A DNA stretch of 63,489 nt, the filler included, from Dirinaria sp. TL-2023a (lineage: Eukaryota): the NCBI GenBank assembly GCA_051941275.1. It is 3 parts of 3 records of this genome, joined end to end, with 100 filler letters (N's around TTAATTAATTAA, not from the genome) between each part and the next. Parts side by side here need not be neighbours in the genome. Positions count along the whole stretch, not along the records: positions 21,229 to 42,349 come from JAVEBF010000268.1; 2 more parts are not named here. The stretch is one strand, 5' to 3'. How positions within the stretch are numbered: position 1 is the stretch's first letter; every line of letters starts with the position of its first letter. The translations under genes were made by a program, and so were the position numbers. Shown one piece after another: positions 21,497 through 33,948 of the stretch. The notes under the pieces were generated by a model. The model did not search any database. It worked only from the letters and a program-made list of their open reading frames with translations, and had not been told where the DNA came from.

Positions 21497-22770
21497 TCAC
21501 CGTCCCTTCCGACTTTCTCCTTCCTCATTCCCTCTTCGCTTATGTCTCCACTGCCACTCCACTAAGATGGGGAGAAAGCTCAAGAGATCGAATTCGGGCC
21601 AGAGGGTTTTGCTGAATACAATGTCTGTTTCCTCGTGGCACTGCCATAGCATGAAATCGCTCAGCCTTTCCACTCCGCTTGTCCTTATCAGTAGATCCAA
21701 CGGTGGATCATCTGCTGTGAACAAGTGAGACGTAATGGTCGCTTCAGTAATGGCTTCAGGATCAGGGTAAGGCTGAGCTGCTTTGACCATGGAGCTGGGA
21801 GGTGGATGCGTGGAGAGCAGTGATGGGAATGATTTGGATGTTTGGAGCGGTAATTTTGCAGTATCTGGATCTGGCGAAGCGGAGTATGATGTGGCCGTCG
21901 AGGCTGACTCGGACGCGTTTAAAGTAGAGCTCGCCGCTGAGTCCTCCGCGTCAGGGATAGTTTCCTCGATAGGCGATGGTACACGTGGGATTTCCTTCGA
22001 AGCTGCGGACGTACCGAGATTTCTTGTCCTTATGGTATGGCTGATATGGCTTTGCGAAAACGGTCGTGCTGTGATTGAAGACACAGGTTTCGAGAACTCC
22101 TCGACGGTTTCCCGCACTGAATGCGTTATCTCGTCATGGCTAGTATAAGGTCCACAAATATTCAGCACTGCATCACCATTTCCGGCGGTAATTCGTTCTA
22201 CCTCCCCAATCTTCTCAGCGACCTCAGGGCTTAGGAGCTCGCGACGGCCCAAGACCTGGATTCGTACGCCGTACCGTTCGCACAAATCACCGTGTTGTGA
22301 GAGCTGCATTAGTTTCACCTTCGCCAGGTCCATCAAAGCGGCTACTTCGTGTTTTGAGCGTTTAAAATTTTCAATGCTGAACGCGTAGATTGTGACAGTC
22401 CTGATACCGGATTTGTAACAGACTTCTAGAATCTAGACGACGAAGTGGTTATTTTCTGCTCTCATCATTCGTTCTAATAGTAGGCTTGCTCGGCAATTGT
22501 TGGGGGGGAATGGTGGGGAGGGAGGTAAATTCGAGGAAAATTGCGAACCTTGGCTAAGGCTTCAAACCCAAAATTATGCCCTTCCACGGTCTCTATCCCC
22601 TGGTTCCGTGCAAACCGCCTATTACCGTCCATGACGAACGCGACGTGCCGTGGTATGGGTCCTTGTCGTAAAGCCCCAATAAGTACTTCGCGCAACTGAG
22701 TCACTACCCATTCCGCAGGCGGAGATTGCAGTAACCATCGCCGTATTTGAGAAAGGTGCATTGACGGCAT
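21497..22770 (-). CDS. RER2: cis-Prenyltransferase / dehydrodolichyl diphosphate synthase catalytic subunit (Rer2/Srt1 family)
   Basis: PRHVAFVMDGNRRFA, GHNFGF, TIYAFSIENFKRS, LDLLIRTSGVERLSDFMLWQ, LWPEF. One intron at ~22435-22549. Confidence 0.92.
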
Positions 22771-23557
22771 TTCGGAGGTGTGTGCTAGCTTCAATGGCTT
22801 TAGAAAAGAAATGAGAATGAATGTCTTTGAAGGCCGGAGTCTCAAGAACGGAGAGAGAAGCCGGGTTCCGGCGGAGGTATATGATCAGGAAAAATAGGAA
22901 GCCACATTACAGAAACCAGGGAGCGTAGGGTTCTCGCCTGGTGGGCAGAGTCATGCGGGTTAAGTGTGAAGATGGCTTTTCAGGTTCATTAATATTATTG
23001 TTGTTTGCCTTGAAGCAGAAAATGAATGGCGGAAATAGCCTATTTCCGACGGCCAAGACGATGCTGGTAAGGCGACAGTCTTGGCAGGCGCCTCGATTTT
23101 AATCCGTCGCGAGGCTCGGAAGGAAGGGAGTGATTGCCGGGCTTACCTTATGTATTTCACTTCCGCCAGCATGGTTGCATTTATTCAAATACCGCCTCAG
23201 GGTAAAGTAAGGTGAGTAGGTAGGTACGTACTTGTATTCGGCATGAAGTACTTAGGATTTCACCATTTCATTACAAAATTGAGACCCCATCATTTGAGCC
23301 GGGGCTATCTTATCCGGCCCACGGGGGGACCTTGCTCAAAGCTGTTTGCAATGTGTAAATGTGCATACATGCCTCACCTTATCTACAGTACAATGAAAGC
23401 TAAGTACAGTAGCACCCATTGTCGCAGCTCGTGTGCGACCAAAGATTTCTTGCTTATGTTTTTCCTCCGGGGTATCAAAAACGTGATCTCTTCATCATGT
23501 ACAGCATGCCAACCCATTCCGAGAGCGGCAGGCCGTCTCAGTCGCACCTTTCCATCG

Positions 23558-25702
23558 TCATTTCGCTACCCCGTTCGCGAATTTGCTTTTCTTCAACTTT
23601 TCCTTGCACTCATCGCAGTACCATTTAGCTGCACATCATCAGCAAAAATACTTCTCTGCTTCGACATAGCGGTTTTCATGCACTCACCGTTCTTGTTGGG
23701 TGCTTTGGTCAACCCGACACAAGCCAGGTGAAACCATTCCTTGGCACATGTCTCTTCGTCACAGCCGACCATCTCGCCATAGCTGACACCGTTGCAGTAG
23801 CAATACCGTGGTTCTTCGTCGTCTTCTTCATCCTCATCCGCTACCGATGAATTCTCGTCGTCGCGCGCAGCCGCGGCGGCGGCTGCGGCAGCCATTTGAG
23901 CTGCGATGCCTGCTCCTTTCTTGTGCGATCTCTTAAATTTGGGCGGCTGAGCTGCGCGAGTCGGCCTCGCTGTTTCAGCACCAAACGATGCACTGATTGG
24001 GGTCGCTGTCTTTGAACTCTTTCCGTTCCCACGAGTGGCTATAGATATTGATGAAGGCCGATCCGTACGGGCTCTATTACCATCGGCTTCCGGCTCCTCT
24101 CGTTTCAATGATCGCTCAGGGTTGCGTCCGCCAATCACGAAAGCTCCGCGGACGTCTGATGGGCCATCTGTTATGCCAATATCCTCCACGAGGTGTTCGC
24201 CTTTCGAATTCACGGTCTCCTTCATAGAATTCTTGACCTCGCCTACGCTCCTACCTGTCAAGCCAGAGACCTTGTCCACATCCGCTGTAGTGGCATGAAG
24301 CCCGCCTCCATTCATGGCTCTTGCCGACGTCGACGATGGGGGTCGTGTCCTTCCATCCTGTAGCACCGATACTGACGAGTTCTGCCGAGCTCTTGAAGGT
24401 TGTGCTCGCTGGCCGGTCCCGGGGGCAGGACTTTTACGCCCAATATCTCTGGTTGGAAAGCTGCCAGCAATGGGTGAAGATGCCATTGCCGGAGAGTTGG
24501 CGGCTGATGTATTGGTATTGCCTCTGGATTCCTCGTCAGTACATTCAGCGACTGGCAGTCTACACCTACCTCTTCCGTCCAGTACCGTTAGTCACGCCGG
24601 CAACACGTCCTCGCTTCTTCGCGCCATCGACCATTGGAGTATCCCTCGGACTTCCACCTTTAGCAGCGCCGGTAGTCGACCCGTAGACAGAGTTCATGGC
24701 CCGCTGCACCGGCGCACCCCCAACGGATTTTTCGAGTTTCCGTCGCTTGCTGGGTGGCGCTGAAGTACCATTGGTCGTTATCCCTAAGCCCGCACCATCG
24801 ACATATGGGTCGGCGACTTTTCGCCCCTTGTTATTGGCATTCGCTTTCTTACTTGTCGAGTGTGCAGCCACCTCGTCGAAATCCGAATCCACATAGTGGT
24901 TTTTCTGCTTACGCGCGGCCAATGCTTCTCTTCGAACCTCACTTCTTGCAGCTGGGCCGTCTGCGGCTTGGATTGCCGCAGTGGCTGCCAAGTGCCGTGT
25001 CGTTCGCTCGACCACTGTTGTCATCTTTGTCCTTTCTCTGTATGCCCAGTGGGTTTTACTGCCGCACCGCGCTTCTTCGCTGATCTCGTTGTTGATGTGT
25101 GGGAAGGAGCTGTCAGCACGGGCAAGCTGCTTGTCGAGGCAATCCGTCGCTGTCAATATGACATGATTCTTCTCGTCAAGCGCTGGGAGCATCTCTCCCA
25201 ATATCATCCGCAGATTCGCAAAAATTCGACGGCGGGGCACGGTGGGATCGTTGAGGTCGTCAAGGGAGCTTGGTAAGGAAGGTGCTTGGAGCTGTGACGG
25301 CGCCGTCGCATCGCTAGCCGAGCCGGCAATCACTTCGGTACCGTCAGTATTTGTTCTGGTCAGAGCCATCCCTGAGCGGGTCGATGCTGGTTTCTTGGGT
25401 GGCACCGGCGCTCGGGTCGCCGCTGTCACGAGCTGGCCCAGTAATTCCTCGGGTCCGTAGATTTTGGCATCAACCTCGTTCAACATGGTGTAATGTCGGA
25501 TCATTTCCTTGGGTAAAGCAGTGATGCAGTCGGTGAAATGTGTGATAGCCGGGCAGAACCCAGGCGGCGTCTCCTCCTCTTCATGCTGCTGTGCGCTGAG
25601 TGCGGAGCGTGGCTGTAGGGTGTTGGTGGAAGATCTTGTAGGATTGGTACGTGTCTGGCGGATGGGCTGGCGTCGATTCGAAGCTGTGGATGGCTCGCCC
25701 AT
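23558..25702 (-). CDS. ING-family PHD-finger chromatin reader (Pho23-like)
   Basis: N-terminal ING helical domain (FTDCITALPKEMIRHYTML..DEKNHV) and PHD YCYCNGVSYGEMVGCD..EWFHLACVGL..KWYCDEC, completed by a last exon ending FANGVAK*. Two introns; start ATG uncertain by a few codons. Confidence 0.9.
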
Positions 25703-26139
25703 CGTGCTGCCTGAAAAAGACTTCATGTTCAGCTGCGTCAGGGTTTGAAGCGTTAGAGTGGGCTTCGATGGGGAGGGGGGGGTGGAACCCACAGGCTTCT
25801 GGAGGATTTTATGAGGGATAAGAATGCTTTAAGCAGTGGAAACTTTTCAGGTTACATCTAGAAGAACGGCGATGCTGAGCAACTGGCAAATAACGCAAAT
25901 GGAAGCGATGAATGGGTGTAGATCGTGCTTTTGGTGAATGGGAGAATGCAGTCTCTCAGTCAGTCCAGTCGAGCCCTCACGGGGAAACTTCGGTCCGCCA
26001 ATACGTCAAGCATTTCCGTTTAGGCTTAGTCAGTGCTTAGTGTCCCACCCTCGGCCCACAAACATTCGCTTAAACCTCAGTCCACAAATCTGGCCGATCT
26101 TCACAACCTTCAGATTGCAAGTGACAAAGACTCGCGAAC

Positions 26140-27398
26140 ATGGTAAGCTGCAATCCTAATATGATGCTTTCAGTCGATTGTTCCGGACTGCTGCCAAGTT
26201 GATAATTTGCCTATGAAGACGTGGTTACTGCTGGTCGCTGCTCCTCTTCTTCGGAGAGCGTGGCACTAGCAATATAAAATTGGCTTGAGCCAGATAACCT
26301 GCAGCAATGCAGCTTCTGGTCTCTCTAGAGTTCAGAGGAGATCTCACTTAGTGAACACGATTCGCTGATGATCTTCTTTTCTCAATGACAGCCTCCCAAA
26401 CAGAGCCGCGGCAAGGCGGCCCCAGCGCCATTCCCTCAGTCAAAGGGCAGCACCACCAAGAAGACCACTAAAGTAAGTATACTGAGATTTTTTTGTTTTT
26501 TCCCCCTTCTTCGATTTCCTCCCTCCGTTCTCAATTCACCATTCAAAATCCGCTATACTGTTCCAAATACTCATGATGTGATTCATTTCCTCCTCGGTTA
26601 GAACCCGCTCATCGAAAAACGTCCGCGCAACTTCGGCATCGGGCAAGACGTGCAACCGCGGCGCAACCTCTCGCGCATGGTGAAATGGCCCGAATACGTG
26701 CGGCTGCAGCGGCAACGCAAGATCCTGAACCTGCGGCTCAAGGTGCCGCCGGCGATCGCGCAGTTCGGCAACACGCTGGACCGCAACACGGCGACGCAGG
26801 CCTTCAAGCTGCTCAGCAAGTACAAGCCGGAGACGAAGGCGGAGAAGAAGGAGCGCCTGCATAAAGAAGCCACGGCCGTCAGCGAGGGCAGGAAGAAGGA
26901 GGACGCCAGCAAGAAGCCGTACACGGTCAAGTACGGCCTCAACCACGTGGTCGGCCTGATCGAGAACAAGAAGGCGAGTCTGGTGCTGATCCCCAACGAC
27001 GTCGACCCCATCGAGCTGGTCATCTTCCTGCCCGCCCTGTGCCGCAAAATGGGCGTGCCCTACGCCATCATCAAGGGGAAAGCGAGGTTAGGCACCGTCG
27101 TGCATAAGAAGGTACTTAATAAAATAACCCAATTCCCCCCCCAAATCATTCCCCCTCATCAATCTAATAATAATAACAATAAAAAAATAAATCGTAGACC
27201 GCCGCCGTACTTGCCTTCACAGAAGTGCGCAGCGAAGACAAGTCCGAGCTCGCCAAACTCGTCTCCGCCATCAAGGAAGGCTACGCCGACAAGTACGAGG
27301 AATCGAAGCGCCACTGGGGCGGCGGCATCATGGGCCAGAAGGCCATCGCGCGCACGGAGAAGAAGCGCAAGGCCCTCGAGGCCCAGATCAAGATCTAG
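26140..27398 (+). CDS. RPL8: 60S ribosomal protein L8 (eL8/L7a)
   Basis: Exons 26140-26142 (ATG only), 26392-26472, 26602-27111 and 27198-27398. [43 protein letters not shown]. Confidence 0.97.
26171..26360 (+). ncRNA. Candidate structured RNA in RPL8 intron 1
   Basis: Several hairpins, including a cUUCGg-capped stem (26229-26271) and a GCAA-tetraloop stem (26287-26323), in a 249-nt intron. Confidence 0.45.
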
Positions 27399-27788
27399 AA
27401 TCTAACTAGTTCTTCCTTTCCCCCACTTAGAGATTTGTTTGTTAGTGGGGCGATGGAGGCGATAGCTTTAGCTTTTGTTTTCGTAGTGAGCGAGAAATAA
27501 AGGAAGGGGACGTTTGAAAATCATTATGCGGTCTCCTATTTTTTTTTATCTTCCTCGGCTATGAGTTCCGTTTTGGTATGTGACGTTTTGACTTTGACAT
27601 GGAAAGTAAAAAAAATGTTTCCACTGGTCACTCAGGACTCGGAACATTTTTCTTCTAGAAAGCATGTTATGCGAGGACCTACGGATCACTTAAGAAAATG
27701 CAGTCAAGGTCCCGTAATACTAAGTATAATCTCTTTCTCTCTCACACACTTTACCTTACTATCCATAATTTGCCATCCATATAAACTC

Positions 27789-29357
27789 TCACCCCGCATC
27801 CCGACCCTTATCAACGCCCAACCTGCCCTCCCTCACCCTGCCCACAACCCCCAACAACATCGCCGGAACAACAGCCGCGATGGCGACCACCGCCTGGAAC
27901 ACCAACGCGCGACCCATATTGCGGGGCGGGTCCGCATCATCGCTGGCTTCGAGCGCATCACTCAGCACGATGAACACGGCGCCCAGCAGCTGTCCCCCCG
28001 TCCAGCAGAGCGTGCTCCCCGTCTCGGGCGTGGCCGGGAAGGTCACTTCGACGAGCCACTCGAGGGCGACGGGGACGAGGCTGAAACTCGCGGCGCCGAG
28101 GAGCGACAGGATGATGTAGGGGGCGAGCGCGGAGCGGGTGCCGGGGGCCCAGATGAATGCCAGATCGCAGAGCGCGATGATCGGGACCAGGAATTTGATC
28201 AGGGGCAGGTATTTCTTCGAGCGGTCGATCAAGGGGGAGGAGATTGCCGCCGCGAGCAGGCCGACGAGGATGAGCAGGGCGCCTGCGATACCCGAACTGG
28301 TTTCGCTGAAGGCGTAGGGGGTCAGGATCTGCGTGAGGAGGGAGGAGAGGGAGTTGAAGAGGCCGACGTAGGTGGCGAAGGGGAGCAAGAGGAGCCAGAA
28401 GGTCGGGTTGCGCGTGAGGAGGCGCAGGGTTGTGCGGAGCGTGGGACGGGGTGCGGTGCCCGAGGGAGCGGCCGGGGTGCGGGGTTTCGCGGGCACGAAC
28501 AGCGTCGGGATCGTGGCTGCTGAGGAGATGATGGCGACGTAGAGCGTCATGTTCGGAATATCGGACGGTTGGGAGCAGAGGAAGGGGTTGATCAATTGCC
28601 CCAGCGCTCCGCCGAACGGGTTTGCCAGGCTCGCGATCGCGGTGGCGGATACGCGTCCTCGAGACGAGAACCAGAGATCTGAGTACCGTGTCGGTGCGCT
28701 CAGGACGAATGGCTGTGCGAGCCCATTGAGGATCTGCCCGAACATGACGACGCCAAAACGGGGCGGTGAGGACCGCGTGCCGGCGTACCGGATCCAGTTC
28801 CCAATCAGGATGAAGAGGGAGGCGGCGATGAAAGAGAGCCGTGGGCCACCGTGGTAGAGGGCGTAGATTGTGAGGGGTGAGGCGGCGACGAAGGAAAATA
28901 GGAAAGCAGTGGAGAGCCAATTGACGACGGAAGGGGTGGTTGAGAAGAAAGTCGCGGCCGTGTTGGCGACTGGGGAGTAGGAAAGCCACTGTACAGTCGT
29001 CAGCTCCAAGGTAGGTTGATTATTTGAAGATATTTTGCAACGTACATCCCAGCTAACGACAATATTCAGGAGGACTAATTGCATCAGCCCAAACCACCTA
29101 ATCTTGTAAACTTTGTAGACGACCGGTTCCGCGGCAGGCGTCTCCTCATGTTCCACGACAGCATTCATCTGGCTCGAAGACTGCTGGTTCTCCCGGTCGT
29201 CCGTAGTAGTATGATCAATCGTGACGTTCGCATTGCCCTTGGCTGAACTCGAAGTTCCTTCCATGTTGCTCAGTTCCGTCCATTCGTCGTTGGGAGTCAG
29301 CAGGTGGATTGCTTCACCCTGCGCCTGCTCGGCTTCGTGGTGGTCGTCGCCGTGCAT
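27789..29357 (-). CDS. MFS transporter, FLVCR/SLC49-like
   Basis: YKVYKIRWFGL, GQILNGLAQPFVLSAPTRYSDLWFS..R..ATAIASLANPFG, about 12 TM segments. 57-nt intron 28989-29045. Confidence 0.88.
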   Translation of the reverse strand: MHGDDHHEAEQAQGEAIHLLTPNDEWTELSNMEGTSSSAKGNANVTIDHTTTDDRENQQSSSQMNAVVEHEETPAAEPVVYKVYKIRWFGLMQLVLLNIVVSWDVRCKISSNNQPTLELTTVQWLSYSPVANTAATFFSTTPSVVNWLSTAFLFSFVAASPLTIYALYHGGPRLSFIAASLFILIGNWIRYAGTRSSPPRFGVVMFGQILNGLAQPFVLSAPTRYSDLWFSSRGRVSATAIASLANPFGGALGQLINPFLCSQPSDIPNMTLYVAIISSAATIPTLFVPAKPRTPAAPSGTAPRPTLRTTLRLLTRNPTFWLLLLPFATYVGLFNSLSSLLTQILTPYAFSETSSGIAGALLILVGLLAAAISSPLIDRSKKYLPLIKFLVPIIALCDLAFIWAPGTRSALAPYIILSLLGAASFSLVPVALEWLVEVTFPATPETGSTLCWTGGQLLGAVFIVLSDALEASDDADPPRNMGRALVFQAVVAIAAVVPAMLLGVVGRVREGRLGVDKGRDAG

Positions 29358-29864
29358 GTCCTGAGGACATGCTGCTTGTGATTATGCCTTGCAACGCTGA
29401 AGCATGGAACGAGGCTGGATGTCGAAGGATTCGGATGTCAAAGCATCATTGCCAATGCTGCAGGCACGTCCCTCGGTCCCAATTAGGGTTAGTAATCGGG
29501 GTTAGCCCAGGGTCATGGACCTCCTCATGTTCTATAGCATGCAGTAGGATCTTACAACAATAATTACCTTAATCGGAGAGCACCGGTGGAGACACTCATG
29601 ATATAGGTATTCTGGTATCTCACTTGAGTGACCTAGTTTGAAAAGGGGTCTATTTAACATATTGAAGCACCAGCTCCTTGCGTCAAACAGTACTTTGACG
29701 GTAGCCAGCTTTGTCCTCTATGGTTTCTAAATCCATCCCCCAATAATGCTTGAATATTAAAATGAGAGGCGAGAAGAGATTGCGCAAGTAATACAGAGTC
29801 CTTCGTGTGAAGGCACTCCACATCCAGTTACTGCGCGACAGCGACAACCGATTCCTGATAACCT

Positions 29865-31211
29865 CTACATGATGATTGCAGGAGCTAGTTGCCGTTAGCG
29901 AAGCCTAAACGATGCGGAACCAAAGGGTCAATGCTTACCGTCAACGTTCTGCTTTATCGATTTATGCGGCAAGATAGACCCGCCATTTACGTAGATCTCA
30001 TCACCCACCGTGACATCATCACCCAGGACGCTCACATTTTCCAGTCGCGCCCATTTCCCTATCGAGCTGTTCCAGCCCACGATCGTAGACTTTACCCAAG
30101 CATGGTCCTTGACCTTGCACCCCGCAAGCAGCACCGACCGCTGCAGTCGCACGCCGTCGCCAATGACCACGTTGGGGCCCACAACTACGTTCGGTCCAAT
30201 ACGGCAGTTCTTGCCGATCTTTGCTGACGGGTCGACAAGCACGTTCCCGCCGTAGACGTATTTCTCCGACGGAGGCGTGAGCTTCTTGGAGTGCTTCTTA
30301 GTCAGGGACGAGAGGTAGAGGCAGGTCCCGCTCAGGAAGTCCTTGGGTTGACCAACATCCATCCAGAATCCTTCCAGATCCATTGAATGCAATTGGCCAT
30401 CCTTGCACATGGCAGGGAAGGTTTCTTGCTCGATGGACGTGGGTCGTAGTTCGATTCGTTTGAGGACACTTGGGTTCAAAATGTAGATACCAGCATTGAT
30501 GCGATTTCCGACGAACTCCACGGGCTTTTCGACGAACCGGTCAATCCTCGATTCGTGGTTCGGCTTGTGCACCACAACACCATATTTCGACGGCTCTTCG
30601 ACCTTCGTGACCATGATCGTCCCCTCCTCCCCGTGGGCTTTGTGGAAGTCGGCAAGATGTTGGAAGGGATAGTCGCAGATAACATCGGAGTTAAGAACAA
30701 AGAACGGGGAGTTGTCTTTTCCAAGTGTCTTCTCGGCGAGCTTGAGGGGCCCCGCCGTCCCCAGAGGCTCGGTCTCAACCGAAAACTCGATCTTCACGTT
30801 GTACTCTTCTTCGTACTGGAGTCGTCAGCGCGAGCGAATCCTAGGAGCTGATCGCACCAATGCACATTCGTACCTTCTGCAGTGCCGTGGACATTATATC
30901 TGGTCGGTAATTGACAGCAAGCACGATGTCTGTCACACCCGCTGCGGCGAGGGCCTCGACCTGGTGGAGGATCATAGGACGGTTTGCAAATTCAACCAAT
31001 GGCTTTGGAAGGGTGAGAGTCTGTTTCGCGATCAGTGGATTGGCTCAAATTTTCGCATATCTTGGATGGCGAGCGTTCGCGCAGGGATACGTCGCTAAAG
31101 ACATACCAAAGGTCGCAGGCGGGTGCCATAACCACCGACGAGAATGAGAGCTGTATAACCAGACTTAGACCAATGCTTCGCTCAGCGAGGGTAGCAGCAC
31201 TGACCTTTCAT
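29865..31211 (-). CDS. PSA1: Mannose-1-phosphate guanyltransferase (GDP-mannose pyrophosphorylase)
   Basis: [28 protein letters not shown] spread over micro-exons, [23 protein letters not shown], beta-helix repeats, last exon PAIIM*. Confidence 0.96.
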
Positions 31212-32134
31212 GACTGCTAACGAGTGATTTTATTGGAAACTGAATCGTGTTCTAACGTTGGAGCTCAGCTCTGTAGAAGGTAAAGTAGATTTTTTTACTG
31301 TACAGTCGGGTGGGGTGATGATTGAAGCTTTGACAAGTATGCTTCTGAATGGTGGGGGGATGTGATAGGTGTTTAAGTAGATTGGCAAGAAGGACAGGTC
31401 ATAAGGCGGTGACAGTTTTGTATTCGACCGGAGTTGGTTCAGGCGACTCGTATGGGCTTCGTGTTCTGAGAGCTACCTTACGTATTATTTGCAGGTGGCT
31501 TTGGTTGAGCCTAAACCCTTTTTGCTGGGGCCGAGGGGGCACGATCGACAGTGCAGAATAAGGCAAGGTACGAGTACGAGAGTCCCTGTAACAAAGGGTA
31601 AAAAAGACCCGTTAACCTTAATACGGGTTTCAGGGGCTCAGGGGGTTAAGCGAGCGCTACTTCACAGCCGCGGGATGTATCCAAAGATTGTAGTATTGGA
31701 TTAATTGGCGTTTGCACCGTAATGTTCGCCAGATAGAAATAAGGTATTCGGGTTCGATAAAAGATCAAGAAAAGACCAAGAGCATCTGAAGTCGTAAAGT
31801 CTTTCAATATATCCAAACTTGGCGAACCAGTACCTAAATAATACATTTGTGGTAAGGAACCCGATTGCCATCTGGAACTCTCCCCCTCGACAGTATCCTG
31901 GATTGGGCTTGTTGCGACTTTTGCATCCAATTCCTGTGAAAAATGTCACCCTCCGTGGGTGTGACACGCTCGCGAAAAGTTTATGGGCGCAAGACTTTCC
32001 AGGAAATTCGGGCCCGAGTCTATTGTGCCCTTCCGAATGCTCTGTTCTGGTATCGTGAATTCTATTTCTCTGTCGTGCCCGAATTGATTCGGCATCACGC
32101 CTGAAGCTCGAGAACCGCGTCTTCCAATACAAAG

Positions 32135-33316
32135 TCAACACAGGGGCACTGTGTACTGGGTGTCAGGGGGTAGCTGCTGTAAAGCTTTGTTGCTAAATTT
32201 CCAATCTCCTTCGTCTGGTTGCTGCTGCTGATCCGACCAGGGGCCATACCCAACAAAAGTTGTGATCCAATCCTTCAGCTTGCGAACTCGGATCAGCTGT
32301 GGATCGCCTCCGTTCTCAGTGGCGAGCTCGCGCAAATTGTAAGCTCCAGGCTCATCATGTGAATCAATTACATTGCGGTAGAGCAATTCAAGCGAAGTGT
32401 TGGCGCTTCTCATGCTCTGCCCATGGACTTTCGCTCTGAAAGACTTGAGAGCAACGTTCTTGGCAAGAACAATATCTCTGGGCCGTAAGCCGGTGACCTT
32501 GGAACGGATGTTATCGTTTGCTCTCCCTTTAGTGGCCTTTGAAGATTTGGACTGTGGAAGCCATATGGAGATACTGAACCCGGCTTTGGTTTCATCCGCA
32601 ACTATCATATCGACAAGTTCTGCCCAGCCACTATATTTGCGCGTCTGAATCAATTGTGGCTGGGAGATGTCCAGAATCCCGACAACGAGATCAACGGTCA
32701 TTGTCTGAGGTTCCAGAGAGCGAAGGTGAGCAGCGTTCGGAATGTCCTGGAGGGTGCTCAAGTGACGAGATCGTGGCTTTGGACGAGCAATTGGGGGTGC
32801 TTGCAGGTCAACTTCCCGCTCCGCTGATTTGCAACGCAGGTTCTTTCCCGATCTGTTTGGAGAAGCAACAGCAAGAACCTGGGAAGCAGGTATTTCGTCA
32901 TGGATTGTGAACGAGTGATCATAGAACTGAGTTAAAAGGTCTTCCAAATTATCATCAGAAGGCAAAGAAACTTGGTCATCGTCTTGACGAGAGTCACTCG
33001 GCAGGAATGAGAGGTCACTAGCAGTCAGAAAAGACGCCTGCTCGTCACTTTGGTACTCGTACGTTGAAGCTTGAGCTGAGTAACGGCTCGCTTGTGTGAA
33101 ACCCGAAGGAAGATGCTTGGACCGAATTGGCACTAGTCGCCATGCAGGCTGGTCAGGTGGGCTTGCCGAAAGCTCTTGTGCATGAGAGCTTCGATCTTGA
33201 AATGCTTCCAGCAAGGGCGCCGAAAGGTGTTCGTCATCCCAGGTGAGAACACTGGCCGACGGTGCTCCAGTAAGGAAGATAAGTCCTTTACCAGCCGCCA
33301 AGTGCTCAATGGGCAT
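32135..33316 (-). CDS. Hypothetical protein with a C-terminal OB-fold-like nucleic-acid-binding domain
   Basis: Intronless 393 aa; beta-strand pattern TVDLVVGILDIS..ELVDMIVADETKAGFSISIW..LRPRDIVLAKNVALKSFRAKVHGQS. Confidence 0.7.
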   Translation of the reverse strand: MPIEHLAAGKGLIFLTGAPSASVLTWDDEHLSAPLLEAFQDRSSHAQELSASPPDQPAWRLVPIRSKHLPSGFTQASRYSAQASTYEYQSDEQASFLTASDLSFLPSDSRQDDDQVSLPSDDNLEDLLTQFYDHSFTIHDEIPASQVLAVASPNRSGKNLRCKSAEREVDLQAPPIARPKPRSRHLSTLQDIPNAAHLRSLEPQTMTVDLVVGILDISQPQLIQTRKYSGWAELVDMIVADETKAGFSISIWLPQSKSSKATKGRANDNIRSKVTGLRPRDIVLAKNVALKSFRAKVHGQSMRSANTSLELLYRNVIDSHDEPGAYNLRELATENGGDPQLIRVRKLKDWITTFVGYGPWSDQQQQPDEGDWKFSNKALQQLPPDTQYTVPLC

Positions 33317-33948
33317 GCAGCGCGGTCAGATTATGCAAAGCCAGAGCATTCGAATCGGATTTTTCTTCTTGCTGGTCTCGTAGAAAGCAGTATGGCATGC
33401 CGGGTGCATGGGAGAGACCCATCTTGGCATCAAACAGACTCGATAATGCTTGGCTCCCTTTAGCGCCTACCATAGGCGACCTTCGGCAAACTTTGCCGGC
33501 AGCCGAGAAACAAGGATGTGCCTTGATCGCACAACAGCATGATCGCCACTCGCCAGCAACAACAGGGAAAATTGGCTGTAAGATTACCTGATCACCCTCT
33601 GTCCAAAGCCTGCCCGACTGATCTGGCGGACTTGCACCCCTCAGCCAATCTGCTTAGCTACATTACTACTGATATCGTGTTATTCCCTCGGCTATACCCG
33701 ACACCCCTCAGGCGCGCTCCGCCCGCTACTCAACCTAGCCAGGTAAGATGAAACTACTGGTCTGTTGGGATTTCACGTGGAAACTCACTTTGGTTGCTGT
33801 CAATGTCATTGTGCATTGATTTTCAATCACTTTCACCTCTTTGGCTATTGCAGTTGCATCTGACTATCTCCGAGTTCTTATACCCGGACAATTTCTCGTC
33901 CAGGCTTCTTTCACATGATTTTGATTCGAGAAAGGCTCCCAAATCACA

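Noticed and set aside
21760..22080. Ser/Pro/Thr-rich insertion in the cis-prenyltransferase
   Set aside because: Low-complexity insertions at this position are usual in filamentous-ascomycete homologues as far as I recall; not distinctive.
27561..28989. Long overlapping ORFs (320 aa on +, 343 aa on -)
   Set aside because: Shadow frames of the GC3-rich MFS gene; the composition is not protein-like.
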